A DNA stretch of 60,883 bases, counting the filler. It is 5 parts of 5 records of this genome, joined end to end, with 100 filler letters (N's around TTAATTAATTAA, not from the genome) between each part and the next. Parts side by side here need not be neighbours in the genome. Positions count along the whole stretch, not along the records: positions 55,562 to 60,883 come from SRR20825019_3033; 4 more parts are not named here. One strand, 5' to 3'. Each line of letters opens with the position of its first letter. Within the stretch, counting starts at the first letter, position 1. Positions 60,276 through 60,883 of the stretch are shown here, one piece after another. Position numbers and translations under genes: made by a program. The notes under the pieces are model-generated. The model had not been told where the DNA came from, did not search any database, and was given only the letters and a program-made list of their open reading frames with translations.

Positions 60276-60883
60276 ATGTTCAACAAAATCCTGATTGCCA
60301 ACCGCGGAGAAATCGCCCTGCGCGTCATCCGTGCGTGCCGTGAAATGGGCATCGGCAGCGTTGCGGTCCATTCGACCGCCGACAGCGACGCGATGCATGT
60401 GCGCATGGCCGACGAAAGCGTGTGCATCGGCCCACCGTCGTCGACACAGTCTTATCTGTCGATCCCGTCGATCATCGCCGCCTGCGAGATTACCGGAGCC
60501 GAGGCGATTCACCCCGGCTATGGCTTCCTGTCCGAAAACGCTGCATTCGTGCAGATCATCCAGGACCACGACCTGACCTTTATCGGCCCCACAGCCGACC
60601 ACATCCGTGTCATGGGGGACAAGATCACCGCCAAGGACACGATGAAAAAACTGGGTGTGCCCTGCGTCCCCGGTTCCGATGGCGGCGTGGACACATTGGA
60701 AGACGCCAAACGCATCGGTGCCGAAATGGGCTATCCGGTCATCATCAAGGCAACTGCCGGTGGTGGTGGCAAGGGCATGAAAGTCGCCGGGTCCGCCGCC
60801 GAGATGGAACGCGCCTTCATGACCGCGCGCGCCGAAGGCAAGTCGAACTTTGGCAACGACGAAGTCTATATCGAGAAATACCT
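60276..60883 (+). CDS. accC: Acetyl-CoA carboxylase biotin carboxylase (3' truncated by window end)
   Basis: Not in ORF track; [38 protein letters not shown]. Confidence 0.95.
   Translation, partial: MFNKILIANRGEIALRVIRACREMGIGSVAVHSTADSDAMHVRMADESVCIGPPSSTQSYLSIPSIIAACEITGAEAIHPGYGFLSENAAFVQIIQDHDLTFIGPTADHIRVMGDKITAKDTMKKLGVPCVPGSDGGVDTLEDAKRIGAEMGYPVIIKATAGGGGKGMKVAGSAAEMERAFMTARAEGKSNFGNDEVYIEKY

Overview
This window is not one locus. It is five contigs joined by 100-nt N spacers carrying the all-frame-stop linker TTAATTAATTAA, so it looks like a concatenated assembly or metagenome. (1) 1-7087, GC-rich and Rhodobacteraceae-like: suhB (partial), NADP oxidoreductase, metR/metF, PaaI thioesterase, pentapeptide-repeat protein, methyltransferase, lolD/lolCE. 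(2) 7188-14951, Rhizobiales-like: FAD oxidoreductase, DjlA-like protein, PPi-dependent PFK, LysE-like protein, Pho-box-preceded btaAB, lytic transglycosylase. (3) 15052-45280, AT-rich Flavobacteriaceae: housekeeping genes (gpsA, nadD, gmk, yicC, gdhA, porZ, recO, dsbD, ileS) plus a putative sigma54-controlled redox module. That module comprises a soluble kinase and enhancer-binding regulator, paired enhancer palindromes, a -24/-12 promoter, an unannotated 57-aa Cys4 ORF, a second GDH, an Rnk-like protein, a hypothetical protein and pntAaAbB. (4) 45381-55461, Rhodobacteraceae-like: a Tn7-like element with a Mu ner-like regulator, TnsA-like, TnsB, TnsC and a long HTH-rich TniQ. One probable end with repeated TnsB-type sites abuts a structured region downstream of a cytochrome c gene, followed by a taurine-type ABC transporter. 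(5) 55562-60883: livMGF-type ABC genes, an RTX protein and accBC. The best candidates for something new are the sigma54 module and the Cas-free Tn7-like element with an unrecognised target. All family calls come from motif recognition by eye; no database searches were run.
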